From Sterolibacteriaceae bacterium (GTDB taxonomy: Bacteria; Pseudomonadota; Gammaproteobacteria; Burkholderiales; Rhodocyclaceae): a stretch of 64,000 bases of DNA. Shown one piece after another: positions 1-8,721 of the stretch. The translations under genes were made by a program, and so were the position numbers. Under the pieces are notes generated by a model. The model saw only the letters and a program-made list of their open reading frames with translations. It did not search any database and had not been told where the DNA came from. Within the stretch, counting starts at the first letter, position 1; the number at the start of each line of letters is the position of its first letter. Location of the stretch: the NCBI GenBank assembly GCA_043738625.1, contig JAYUFR010000221.1, forward strand, positions 2,326-66,325. Direction: 5' to 3'.

Positions 1-870
1 GGCCAACGGATGTTGGATACCTTGATTCTTGCCAATGGGGCGATCGAATACAATGCGTTCACCCGCGTATTTCGCCGCGCGACGCAGCGCGACCCGCCCG
101 ATACCGGTAGCCTCAGCCGCCAACAGTACCCTCTCCGGATTGAGACCATGAAGGATATATTCGAATCCCCGGCCTTCCTCCCCAATCCGGTCCTCGATGG
201 GAATCTCAAGCCCATCGATGAACAACTGGTTCGAGTCCACCGCCTTGCGCCCCAATTTCTCAATTTCCCGCACCTCAATCTTGGTGCGATCGAGATCGGT
301 ATAAAAGAGACTCAAGCCCTGCGTCGGCGAGGTCACTGCCTCAATCGGCGTGGTGCGCGCCAAGAGCAAGAGCTTGTGCGCCACTTGAGCGGTGGAAATC
401 CATACCTTCTGGCCGTTGACAACGTAGCGGTCGCCCTTGCGAACGGCCATGGTCTTGAGCTTTAGCGTATTCAGGCCGGTGTTCGGCTCGGTGACGCCGA
501 AACATGCTTTGTTGCGGCCCTGGATGATCGCTGGCAACCAACGCTGCTTCTGTTCCGCCGTTCCATGCACTACGACAGGATGCAGACCGAAGACATTCAT
601 ATGAATCGCGGACGCGCCCGCCAGGCAAGCGCCGGAGGCGGCCACTGTCTCCAACATCACGCAGGCCTCACTGATCCCAAGACCCGCACCGCCATACTCT
701 TGGGGCATTGCAACACCCAGCCAACCGGCCGTCGCCATCGCCCGATAAAAGTCCTCCGGGAAACCGCCCTCCCGATCTTTCTTCAACCAATACTCATCGT
801 CGAAGTCGACACATATTTCTTCGACTGCGGAACGAATCGAGATCTGGTCATCGGTCAGTTCAAAATTCAT
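1..870 (-). CDS. acyl-CoA dehydrogenase family protein, N-terminal ~290 codons (3' end runs off the left window edge)
   Basis: Absent from the ORF track because no stop codon lies in the window. Reverse-complement reading from the ATG at 868-870 gives MNFELTDDQISIRSAVEEICVDFDDEYWLKKDREGGFPEDFYRAMATAGWLGVAMPQEYGGAGLG...CFGVTEPNTGLNTLKLKT...RYVVNGQKVWIS...GRGFEYILHGLNPERVLLAAEA, open down to base 1. This is typical ACAD N-terminal and middle-domain sequence. The listed + ORF 10..465 is its antisense shadow. Confidence 0.85.
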   Translation of the reverse strand, partial: MNFELTDDQISIRSAVEEICVDFDDEYWLKKDREGGFPEDFYRAMATAGWLGVAMPQEYGGAGLGISEACVMLETVAASGACLAGASAIHMNVFGLHPVVVHGTAEQKQRWLPAIIQGRNKACFGVTEPNTGLNTLKLKTMAVRKGDRYVVNGQKVWISTAQVAHKLLLLARTTPIEAVTSPTQGLSLFYTDLDRTKIEVREIEKLGRKAVDSNQLFIDGLEIPIEDRIGEEGRGFEYILHGLNPERVLLAAEATGIGRVALRRAAKYAGERIVFDRPIGKNQGIQHPLA

Positions 871-880
871 GCTGGTCCGA

Positions 881-1819
881 TCAACCCGGTGCAGCGCGGC
901 GTGCCAGCGCAATGATGCGTTGGGCCTGCTTAAAATGCGGCCTGTCGAGCATCTTGCCGTCCAGACCCACGGTCCCAAGTCCCGGATTGCACTCGAATGT
1001 CTCGACCACCCGACGCGACCACGCCAATTCGTCGTCGCTTGGAGTGAAAGCGGCGTTGATAATGGCCACCTGCGTCGGATGGATCGCCATCTTGCCCGTG
1101 AAACCGCGTTGGCGACCGAGCCTTGCGTCCCGCTCGAGCCCCGCCGTGTCTGTAAAATTGGACCAGATCGTGTCGATCGGTTGGACGCCCGCCGACACGG
1201 CCCCGGTCAGACACAGCGCGCGCGCCAACTGATACACGACGTCGTATTCGCCGTCAGGCCCACGATTCGTACTGGCACCCAATTCGGCCGCGATATCTTC
1301 GGCTCCCCAGGTGAGTCCGGCCAGACGACCGGTACATCCGGCGTAGGAACCCAGCGTAAACAAGGCGGCCGGTGTCTCGGTGGCCACAGGAATGATGTCG
1401 ATGCGCCCCGCCGACAGCCCCTCCCTTGCTTCAAGCGCATCGAGCATGTGGGACAATCGGATCACGTCGTGGGCAGAATTGACCTTCGGCAGGATAAGAC
1501 CGTCCGGCCCGCCGGCGAGCACGCTTAAATCGAGGAGTGCCGCTGCAGTGGACAAAGGATTAATGCGAACCCACAGTTGCCGTCGGCTTCGATCAACATG
1601 AGCCTTCAAATAATCCAATACCAAACCGCGTGCAATGGAGGTCCGATTCGGCGCCACCGAATCCTCTAGATCCAGAATCAGAGCATCGGCAGGGCAATCC
1701 TCTGCCTTTGCCAGTTTTCGCTCGCTATCGCCGGGCACAAAAAGCAAGGATCGGAACGGGATTCGCACCTTGCTGAAGGATTGTCCCAACTCAGACTGTT
1801 CGAAATAAAGACCCGCCAT
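881..1819 (-). CDS. CoA ester lyase (CitE / HpcH-HpaI aldolase family, citryl- or malyl-CoA lyase-like)
   Basis: ORF 881..1864. The sequence SLLFVPGDSERKLAKA...ADALILDLEDSV...PKVNSA...IPVATETPAA...LTWGAEDIAAELG...GKMAIHPTQV is CitE-like. I prefer the start at M16 (MAGLYFEQ, ATG 1817-1819), which follows GGGGAGAG. The gene ends 10 nt before the ACAD start. Confidence 0.85.
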   Translation of the reverse strand: MAGLYFEQSELGQSFSKVRIPFRSLLFVPGDSERKLAKAEDCPADALILDLEDSVAPNRTSIARGLVLDYLKAHVDRSRRQLWVRINPLSTAAALLDLSVLAGGPDGLILPKVNSAHDVIRLSHMLDALEAREGLSAGRIDIIPVATETPAALFTLGSYAGCTGRLAGLTWGAEDIAAELGASTNRGPDGEYDVVYQLARALCLTGAVSAGVQPIDTIWSNFTDTAGLERDARLGRQRGFTGKMAIHPTQVAIINAAFTPSDDELAWSRRVVETFECNPGLGTVGLDGKMLDRPHFKQAQRIIALARRAAPG

Positions 1820-1929
1820 CAGCTCTCCCCTGCAATGCTCGCACTCGTGGTGGCGACTGATCAATCAACGAACTTACCGGCAAACTGATATTATAGTATA
1901 CGACTTTTCAAAACAAGGATTGCGACCGC

Positions 1930-2943
1930 ATGTTGCCCACGCATCACCGGCAAGTACTCCTCGCGGTTCGCCCGAGCGGGATACCGTGTGCAGAGCAGTT
2001 CAAGATCGTCGAGACACCGCTGCCCGTACCGCGCGCGGGCGAATTTCTGGTGCGCAATGAATTCCTCTCGGTGGAACCGGCAATGCGTGGCTGGGTCAAC
2101 GCGGCGGCGAACTATTCCGACCCCGTACCGGTGGGCGGCGTCATGCGCTCATTTGCGGCGGGCACCGTCGTCGCATCGCTGCACGCAGGATACGCTGAAG
2201 GTGAGCGCGTCATGGGTATGTTGGGATGGCAAGAATATTCGGTCAGCGACGGCCGCAATATTCGGCGCAAGGTGATCGAAACAGATCTACCGCTCTCACT
2301 CTCGCTGGGCGTTCTCGGCATCAACGGTGTGACCGCCTATTTTTCGCTTAACGAGCTCGCCCGGCCGCGCCCCGGAGACACGTTCGTGGTCTCGACTGCT
2401 GCGGGCGCGGTCGGCTCCGCCGTGGGTCAACTGGCACGGCTTGCAGGCTGTCGCACGGTCGGCATTGCCGGCGGCCCAGTGAAGGTGAACGAGTGTCTAA
2501 ATGAATTCGCATTCGACGCCGCCGTGGACTACAAGGCAGTCGATTTCCTCAAAGCACTGAGTGACGCGACTCCGTCTGGCGTCGATATTTACCACGACAA
2601 CACCGCCGGCCCCATCAGCGATGCCGTGTTGCGGCGTATCAACAAGAACGCTCGCGTGGTGATCTGCGGAACGGCGTCCGTCCCCAACTGGGATGTCTGG
2701 CCGGAAGGACCGCGCATCGAGAGGCATTTGCTCAACAAGTCCGCGCGGATGGAAGGTTTTCTGATATGGGATTACGAGCATCGCTACGAAGAAGCGATAG
2801 CCCGACTGGCTTCCTGGGTACGAGCCGGCCGCTTGCGCTATCGCGAGCATATTCTTTTCGGGATCGAAGCGGCCCCGCACGCGATCGACATGCTATATCG
2901 CGGCACGAACACCGGCAAACTTCTGATCCGGTTGGAACCGTGA
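1930..2943 (+). CDS. NADP-dependent oxidoreductase (zinc-independent MDR, YncB/CurA/alkenal-one reductase-like)
   Basis: 337 aa. The N-terminus reads ...PSGIPCAEQFKIVETPLPVPRAGEFLVRNEFLSVEPAMRGW. The nucleotide-binding stretch is VVSTAAGAVGSAVGQLARLAGCRTVGIAGG, and the C-terminal NTGKLLIRL is typical of this family. AAGGA precedes the ATG. Confidence 0.85.
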   Translation: MLPTHHRQVLLAVRPSGIPCAEQFKIVETPLPVPRAGEFLVRNEFLSVEPAMRGWVNAAANYSDPVPVGGVMRSFAAGTVVASLHAGYAEGERVMGMLGWQEYSVSDGRNIRRKVIETDLPLSLSLGVLGINGVTAYFSLNELARPRPGDTFVVSTAAGAVGSAVGQLARLAGCRTVGIAGGPVKVNECLNEFAFDAAVDYKAVDFLKALSDATPSGVDIYHDNTAGPISDAVLRRINKNARVVICGTASVPNWDVWPEGPRIERHLLNKSARMEGFLIWDYEHRYEEAIARLASWVRAGRLRYREHILFGIEAAPHAIDMLYRGTNTGKLLIRLEP

Positions 2944-4199
2944 CCCGCTGTCGAGGTCGGCTGGTTCGGCAAAGCGAACTTGGAGGACTCATCAACTGCG
3001 ACGGCACGGTCTACCTCGCGGGCTCAAGCGGCGCGCCGACGGCATTCCTATCGGAGATGCTGCGCGATCAGAGTCTCACGCAGGGAGCCCGGATCCTGAC
3101 GACTTTTCTCCCCGGTATCAACCCGATTGACCTATCGCTGCTACACCCGAGTGCGCAAGTCACCGGTCTTTTTATGCAACCAGGCTTCTCGGCGGCGCAA
3201 CGAGAAGGACGTTTTCGCACCCTGCCCTTGTCCTACTCGGGTTTCGTGCGCCATTTGCGGGAGAACGTCGAAATCGATCTCGCGGTGGTTCAAGTCGCTG
3301 CTCCTGACGCAAAAGGCCAGTGTTCACTTGGCCCGGCCGTGGAATTCATGCCGATGGCTCTCTCGAAAAGCCGGCGTCGACTGGGTCTTATTAACCGTGC
3401 CACTCCCACGCTCGCCGGGTCGATGGGAGTGCCCTATGACAGCTTCGACTACCTTTGCGAAGTGGACACTCCGTTGCCCGAATACTTGACATCAGTGGAT
3501 CCGGATACTGAACTTCTGGCGAATCGCGTCGCGACGCTAATTGAAGATGGCTGCGTACTGCAGCTTGGACTCGGCAAAGTTCCCACCGCGCTCACCGCAT
3601 CGCTTGCAAGCCGGCGCAAGCTGCGGATGCACTCGGGCATGCTTTCCGACGGATTTCTCGATTTGGCGGCGAGTGGTGCGCTCGATATGGACTTTTTGCA
3701 TACCACTTGCGTTCTGGTGGGCAGCCGCCACTTCTACGTGCGGGCCGCCGAAATCATTCCACTGCGCATCCAGAGCTGCGAAATCACACATGACGTCGCC
3801 ACTCTCGTCCGCAGAGACCGCTTAGTGGCCGTGAACTCCGCCCTGGAAGTTGATCTGTTCGGACAATGCAATCTCGAACATGCCAATGGCTCCGCCATCA
3901 GCGGCCTCGGCGGTGCTGCGGATTTCGCTCGTGCGGCCCGATTCAGTTCTGGTGGGCGCAGCATCATCGCACTCAATGCTCGACATCGGAACGGATCGCG
4001 TATCGTGCCGACCTTGGGAAGCCCCTGCGTTACATCACTGTCGCGCGTCGACGTCGATTATGTGGTCACCGAATTCGGTATTGCACGGCTTGACGCCGCG
4101 AGCGTCCACGAACGTGCACAGAACCTGATTGAAGTGGCGGCACCCGAATTTCGCAGCGACTTGCGCACCCGCTGGGGCGAGCTTGCGGCCAGACTATAG
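2940..4199 (+). CDS. acetyl-CoA hydrolase/transferase family protein (4-hydroxybutyrate CoA-transferase-like, family I CoA-transferase)
   Basis: The track ORF starts at 2766 inside the previous gene. An in-frame GTG at 2940 overlaps the upstream TGA (GTGA), which suggests translational coupling. Family signatures are LQLGLGKVPTAL and ALEVDLFGQCN...SGLGGAADFARAA. Confidence 0.8.
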   Translation: MTRCRGRLVRQSELGGLINCDGTVYLAGSSGAPTAFLSEMLRDQSLTQGARILTTFLPGINPIDLSLLHPSAQVTGLFMQPGFSAAQREGRFRTLPLSYSGFVRHLRENVEIDLAVVQVAAPDAKGQCSLGPAVEFMPMALSKSRRRLGLINRATPTLAGSMGVPYDSFDYLCEVDTPLPEYLTSVDPDTELLANRVATLIEDGCVLQLGLGKVPTALTASLASRRKLRMHSGMLSDGFLDLAASGALDMDFLHTTCVLVGSRHFYVRAAEIIPLRIQSCEITHDVATLVRRDRLVAVNSALEVDLFGQCNLEHANGSAISGLGGAADFARAARFSSGGRSIIALNARHRNGSRIVPTLGSPCVTSLSRVDVDYVVTEFGIARLDAASVHERAQNLIEVAAPEFRSDLRTRWGELAARL

Positions 4200-4221
4200 G
4201 CATCTAAAAGGAGATTCGATC

Positions 4222-5154
4222 ATGATGCGATCCACCAAGGCGATCATTACATGCGCCATTACCGGCTCAGTCCATACCCCAAGCATGTCACCTTACCTTC
4301 CGATTACTCCTGAACAGATCGCGCAAGAAGCGATTGCGGCGGCCCAAGCGGGAGCCGCCATGATCCACCTGCACGCACGCGACCCCGCGACGGGCCGCCC
4401 GGATCAATCGCCGGAACTCTTCAAGCAATTCTTGCCGACTATCAAGTCGGCCACTGATGCCATCATTAATATCACCACCGGCGGTGGATTGGGCATGACC
4501 TTGGATCAGCGCCTGGCACCGGCCAAATGGGCGAAACCCGAGATCGCCTCAATGAATATGGGCTCGTTCAATTTCAACATTTCGGGCGCGGCCTCGAAGA
4601 TTTCGGATTGGAAATTCGATTGGGAGCGTCCTTATCTGGAAAGCACCAAGGATTTCATCCTCTCAAATACTTTTGCGCAAATGGAGAGGGGCATGCGCGA
4701 ACTGGGTTCGCAGGGTACGAGATTTGAATTCGAATGTTACGACATGTCGCATGTCTACAATCTCGCGCACTTTGCTGACAGAAAGATCGTAGAGCCGCCA
4801 TTTTTCATTCAAGGTGTGTTCGGAATTCTGGGTGGTATCGGCGCCGAACCTGAGAGTCTGATGGCAATGAAAGCCGCTGCGGACCGACTGTTCGGTGAGG
4901 ATTATCTGTTTTCCGCTCTGGCTGCTGGCAGGCATCAAATGCCGATGATCACTTTATGCGCGCTGCTCGGTGGATCAGTGCGTGTGGGTCTCGAAGATAG
5001 TCTGTACGCCGGGCGAGGCAAGCTCGCGCACTCGAATGCTGAACAAGTTGCCAAAATCCGCCGGATTCTCGAGGAGTTGTCGATTGAGATTGCAACACCC
5101 GCCGAGGCGCGCAAGATGATGGCCACCAAGGGAAAAGACGCCGTTGGATTTTAG
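4222..5154 (+). CDS. 3-keto-5-aminohexanoate cleavage enzyme family protein (BKACE / DUF849 beta-keto acid cleavage enzyme)
   Basis: The sequence MMRSTKAIITCAITGSVHTPSMSPYLPITPEQIAQEAIAAAQAGAAMIHLHARDP...INITTGGG...VRVGLEDSLY is the classic BKACE TIM-barrel pattern. The ATG at 4222 follows AAAGGAGA. The track start at 4129 would overlap the previous gene. Confidence 0.88.
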   Translation: MMRSTKAIITCAITGSVHTPSMSPYLPITPEQIAQEAIAAAQAGAAMIHLHARDPATGRPDQSPELFKQFLPTIKSATDAIINITTGGGLGMTLDQRLAPAKWAKPEIASMNMGSFNFNISGAASKISDWKFDWERPYLESTKDFILSNTFAQMERGMRELGSQGTRFEFECYDMSHVYNLAHFADRKIVEPPFFIQGVFGILGGIGAEPESLMAMKAAADRLFGEDYLFSALAAGRHQMPMITLCALLGGSVRVGLEDSLYAGRGKLAHSNAEQVAKIRRILEELSIEIATPAEARKMMATKGKDAVGF

Positions 5155-5480
5155 AAGAATCGTTCACTCCTGATATTTTTGAACCCTATGAATTTAAAGA
5201 ATCCAAAGGCCTCGCGAATTCCGTCAATCGTGCATCGACAAGACCCCCAATGAGAGTGCCTTTGCTTCAGCTGAGGACGCGAGTGCGACTTGATCCGCGC
5301 CGGCAAACATCGTCCGTCGGTATATATTCCCATGTGCTCGCCCGTAGTGACCCACTGTATGAAAGTGAAGAAATCAACCACGGGCTCAGCGTCTAGCTAT
5401 AAGGCGTCGAGGTGTACGTCACGGATCACGGATCGCCGTAATATGTTGAGCCGCCTCGCCCAAACCGACGGCAATTCCGA

Positions 5481-5509
5481 TTGCGGCCCGGATGTGTGTA
5501 AACTAGAAT
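5481..5509 (+). promoter_or_regulatory. candidate sigma70-type promoter upstream of the P450/FAAL/ACP-TE genes
   Basis: TTGCGG (5481-5486), a 17-nt spacer, then TAGAAT (5504-5509), about 100 nt upstream of the P450 start. Hexamer match only. Confidence 0.3.
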
Positions 5510-5612
5510 GATAATGAGGGATGTCGGGTCCTGATATGCAAGTAATTGAACCGTTATCCCCAAGCAAAGCAACGGACACGGTAGCGCAGATCTGCAACTG
5601 CTCCCTCGGCAG

Positions 5613-6986
5613 ATGAGCACACGCAATCATTCGGATGTCGGCGCGCAAGAGCGTGCTCCAGGCGAGCGCGTTAACGACGTCACACCCGGCCCCGCAGACT
5701 TGATCTTGCTTGATACCCCCCTAGACCCGCTCTTATTTCTCGGTCAGTTGGTCGATAATTACGGGGACGTCGTGCGCTACCAGACGCGCTTCGGGCCGTG
5801 CTTGCTTTTCGTACACCCTAAACACGTCCAGACAATCTTGCAGCGTGAGAATTACCGCCGAGCTTCGCTCGTGAAAATGGTGCTGGGTGATGGACTACTC
5901 GCGAGCGACGGGCCACGCTGGAGATCGCAACGCCGTCTGATGCAGCGGGATTTTCTGCCGCGAAACATTGCGCCTTTCGTTTCCATTATGGTGCGCGAAA
6001 CCGCAGTCAACGCGCACGCGTGGCAGGCAGCTGCCGCGGCGGGCACCGCCGCCGATATCGCGACGGATATGACCCGCCTGACGTTGCAGATCGTCGTCAA
6101 GGCTTTGTTCAGCGATGATTTTTCCCATGATCAATCGATGACACTATGTGCAGCCGTCACACAGACCATCAACGATTTGGGAATGATTTCCTGGACGATC
6201 TTCGGTGTGCCAGTGACTATTACCCCAGCGAGCAATACGCGCTTTTTGGCCGCCAAGAATGTGATTGATGCAGTCTGCTACGACATGATCACACGTCGAC
6301 GCTCGCTAGCGCCAAAGGACCGGCCGCGCGATCTTCTTACGATGCTAGTCGAGGCCGATAGCGACGGCGGTCCGATGAACGATCAGCAACTGCGCGACGA
6401 GATCGTGACCATGCTCGTGGGTGGCCACGAAACAACGGCGCTCGCCCTGGCATGGGCATGGAAGGCTATCGCAGAGAACCCGGAAGTCGAGGCAAGGCTG
6501 CACGAAGAATTACACGGTGTGCTGGCTGGCCAGCCCCCCACCCTTGCAGACCTGCCGAATCTTCGATGGACTCAGGCCATCTTCCAGGAGGCCAGTCGGC
6601 TATATCCTCCCGTGTGGTATATGGCGCGCGTCGCCACGGAGGAGGATGTGATTGATGGTCACACGGTCCCGCGCGGTGCCTCGGTGCTCGTTTCAGCGTG
6701 GTTCACGCACAGGCACAGGGAGTTCTGGCGCGATGCCGAGCGCTTTGACCCGGCAAGATTCATGGACCCGGCTCAGCCGGCGCACCAGTACGCCTATTTT
6801 CCGTTCGGCGGCGGGCGTCACCGGTGTCTTGGCGCACATTTCGCCCTTTTGGAAGGAGTGGTGATTTTGGCGCAGCTCGCACAGGAATTCCGCGTTCGTC
6901 CCATCGATGGCCTCGGGATCCGGCCCCATCCGGGGATCACGCTGCGCCAGTCGCCAGGGATGTGCGCCCAGCTTGAACCGCGTTAA
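5613..6986 (+). CDS. cytochrome P450 (E-class, CYP4/CYP102-like I-helix)
   Basis: 457 aa. I-helix MLVGGHETTALAL, EXXR in QEASRLYPP, and haem-thiolate loop FPFGGGRHRCLGAHFA. The start codon is uncertain because no clear SD is present. Confidence 0.9.
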   Translation: MSTRNHSDVGAQERAPGERVNDVTPGPADLILLDTPLDPLLFLGQLVDNYGDVVRYQTRFGPCLLFVHPKHVQTILQRENYRRASLVKMVLGDGLLASDGPRWRSQRRLMQRDFLPRNIAPFVSIMVRETAVNAHAWQAAAAAGTAADIATDMTRLTLQIVVKALFSDDFSHDQSMTLCAAVTQTINDLGMISWTIFGVPVTITPASNTRFLAAKNVIDAVCYDMITRRRSLAPKDRPRDLLTMLVEADSDGGPMNDQQLRDEIVTMLVGGHETTALALAWAWKAIAENPEVEARLHEELHGVLAGQPPTLADLPNLRWTQAIFQEASRLYPPVWYMARVATEEDVIDGHTVPRGASVLVSAWFTHRHREFWRDAERFDPARFMDPAQPAHQYAYFPFGGGRHRCLGAHFALLEGVVILAQLAQEFRVRPIDGLGIRPHPGITLRQSPGMCAQLEPR

Positions 6987-8721
6987 CTCGGATACCCTGG
7001 CAGACATAGTGCGCCGGCGCGCCGCCAGTGGTGCGGACGACATTGCGTACACGTTTCTGGCAGATGGAGCCGCCGACGCCCGATCGCTCACTTGGTCGCA
7101 ACTCGACCGGCGCGCGAGCCAGCTGAGCGCGTTGCTGCGCAGGCAAGGCGCCGCGGACGAACCCGTGCTGCTCGCGTTACCGTCTGGGCTGGGGTTCGTG
7201 GAGTCGTTGTTCGCTTGCTGGTACGCTGGGGCAATCGCAGTACCTATCAGCCTGCCACTTCATCATCGTTCGAAGCATCGACTGGATTCGATCATCTCAG
7301 ACGCCCGCGCCCGGTTTGCGATTGGGAGTATCAGGACGCGTGAGCGGCTGAGCGTCGATAGGCCGGAGGGGGGCGGCGCGGCGCCGCTGCACTGGATTGA
7401 TCCTGATACGGTGGACGACTCTCATACCAGCGACGAGGAGACCGCCGCTCAAAGTCAACGCATCGCGTTGCTGCAATATACGTCGGGCTCGACGGGCGCA
7501 CCGCGTGGAGTCGTCGTCACTCATGCAAATCTGGTGCACAACAGCGCCTTGATCGCCGAAGCGTGCGGACACCATTCGGGACAGACCATTGCCGGCTGGC
7601 TCCCTTTGTTCCACGACATGGGCCTCATCGGGCTCGTTTTGCAGGCCGCCTTTTCCGGCCAACGATGCGTTTTCATGTCGCCGGAGCGTTTTCTGATGCG
7701 GCCCTGGCTTTGGCTACAGATGATTTCCGATTACGGCGCCTGTTCCAGCCCGGCACCCAATTTCGCGTATGACCTGTGTGTCGACAAGGTTGGCGCGGAG
7801 CACAAGGCGCGCCTCGATTTGAGTTGCTGGCGGAACGCCTTGAACGGATCGGAACCCGTACGACCAACGACGCTAGCGCGCTTTGCCGCTGCGTTCCGCG
7901 CCAGCGGATTTCGATCGACCGCGTTTTTCCCGTGCTACGGTCTTGCCGAAGCGACGCTGTTCGTCACCGGCCCGGGTGAGGGCCGGCAATTCCCGCGACG
8001 GCACGCGGATGGAACGTTGCTTACCGGCACCGACGCAGGCGGGCATGTGGGTTGTGGCCGAGTATTCAAAGATACGCAAATCGCGATCGTCGACCCGCAA
8101 ACCTCAATCAGAGTGATAACTGGTGGGATCGGTGAGATCTGGCTGCGGGGACAAAGTATCTGCGATGGCTATTGGCAGAATTCGGAGGCCACGGCAGCGA
8201 CGTTCAACGGTCGCCTGGACGTGACGGGAGGCATTGAGAGTGACGACTCCGCGTGGCTCCGCACTGGAGATTTGGGGTTCCTCGCCGATGGTGAATTATT
8301 CATCACCGGCCGGCTGCGCGACCTAATCATCGTTGCCGGCCGGAATCACTTTCCGATCGATATCGAGCGCACGGTCGAGTCGGCAGACCCGGTTATCGGA
8401 GCATCGGGTGCGGTCGCATTTTCGGTGGATGTGGACGGCGCCGAGCGATTGGTCATCGCAGCGGAGGTGCGGCGGGAGTATGGCCGGTCGGCTCTCGTGA
8501 AGACTCCTCTAGACCTCGATCCCGACGCAGTCCGCCAGCGGATACGCGCCGCGGTAGTCGCCGACAACGAGGTGGCCCCATACGAAGTGGTATTGCTGCG
8601 CCCCGGCGCAGTGCCGAGAACCTCGAGCGGGAAAGTTAGCCGCTCGGCAGCCCGATCTGCGTATCTGAATCAGACACTAGGACGATTGGAAGGTCCGATC
8701 GATGCTCGAACCGCTACCTGA
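6973..8721 (+). CDS. fatty acyl-AMP ligase (FAAL, FadD32-like adenylating enzyme)
   Basis: The track ORF is 6907..8721. The N-terminus DTLADIVRRRAASGADDIAYTFL, plus LLQYTSGSTGAPRGVVVTHANLVHN, WLPLFHDMGLIG and C-terminal TSSGKVSR, are hallmarks of FAALs rather than acyl-CoA ligases. The in-frame TTG at 6973 overlaps the end of the P450 gene. ATG 6907 is the alternative start. Confidence 0.85.
   Translation: MNRVNSDTLADIVRRRAASGADDIAYTFLADGAADARSLTWSQLDRRASQLSALLRRQGAADEPVLLALPSGLGFVESLFACWYAGAIAVPISLPLHHRSKHRLDSIISDARARFAIGSIRTRERLSVDRPEGGGAAPLHWIDPDTVDDSHTSDEETAAQSQRIALLQYTSGSTGAPRGVVVTHANLVHNSALIAEACGHHSGQTIAGWLPLFHDMGLIGLVLQAAFSGQRCVFMSPERFLMRPWLWLQMISDYGACSSPAPNFAYDLCVDKVGAEHKARLDLSCWRNALNGSEPVRPTTLARFAAAFRASGFRSTAFFPCYGLAEATLFVTGPGEGRQFPRRHADGTLLTGTDAGGHVGCGRVFKDTQIAIVDPQTSIRVITGGIGEIWLRGQSICDGYWQNSEATAATFNGRLDVTGGIESDDSAWLRTGDLGFLADGELFITGRLRDLIIVAGRNHFPIDIERTVESADPVIGASGAVAFSVDVDGAERLVIAAEVRREYGRSALVKTPLDLDPDAVRQRIRAAVVADNEVAPYEVVLLRPGAVPRTSSGKVSRSAARSAYLNQTLGRLEGPIDARTAT

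Noticed and set aside
10-1528. Several long + strand track ORFs lie over the first 1.5 kb (10..465, 565..915, 708..1232, 869..1528).
   Set aside because: They lie antisense to, or out of frame with, the clearly recognisable ACAD (1..870, -) and CitE (881..1819, -) genes. Their translations are Arg/Pro/Ser-rich and low in complexity, which is typical of shadow ORFs in GC-rich DNA. The same reasoning applies to similar antisense ORFs across the window, for example 12291..12863, 16746..17273, 26000..26494, 36277..36726, 38313..38774, 39818..40444 and 63043..63582.
2766-2939. Long N-terminal extensions of track ORFs that overlap the upstream gene. Examples are 2766, 4129, 21658, 29600..30898, 35355..36359, 46797..48749, 52377, 53224, 58722..60548 and 11904..14654.
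   Set aside because: In each case an internal start gives the expected family N-terminus or a signal peptide. That start has a Shine-Dalgarno-like sequence or a start/stop overlap with the upstream gene. The extended part has no family similarity. I used the shorter coordinates.
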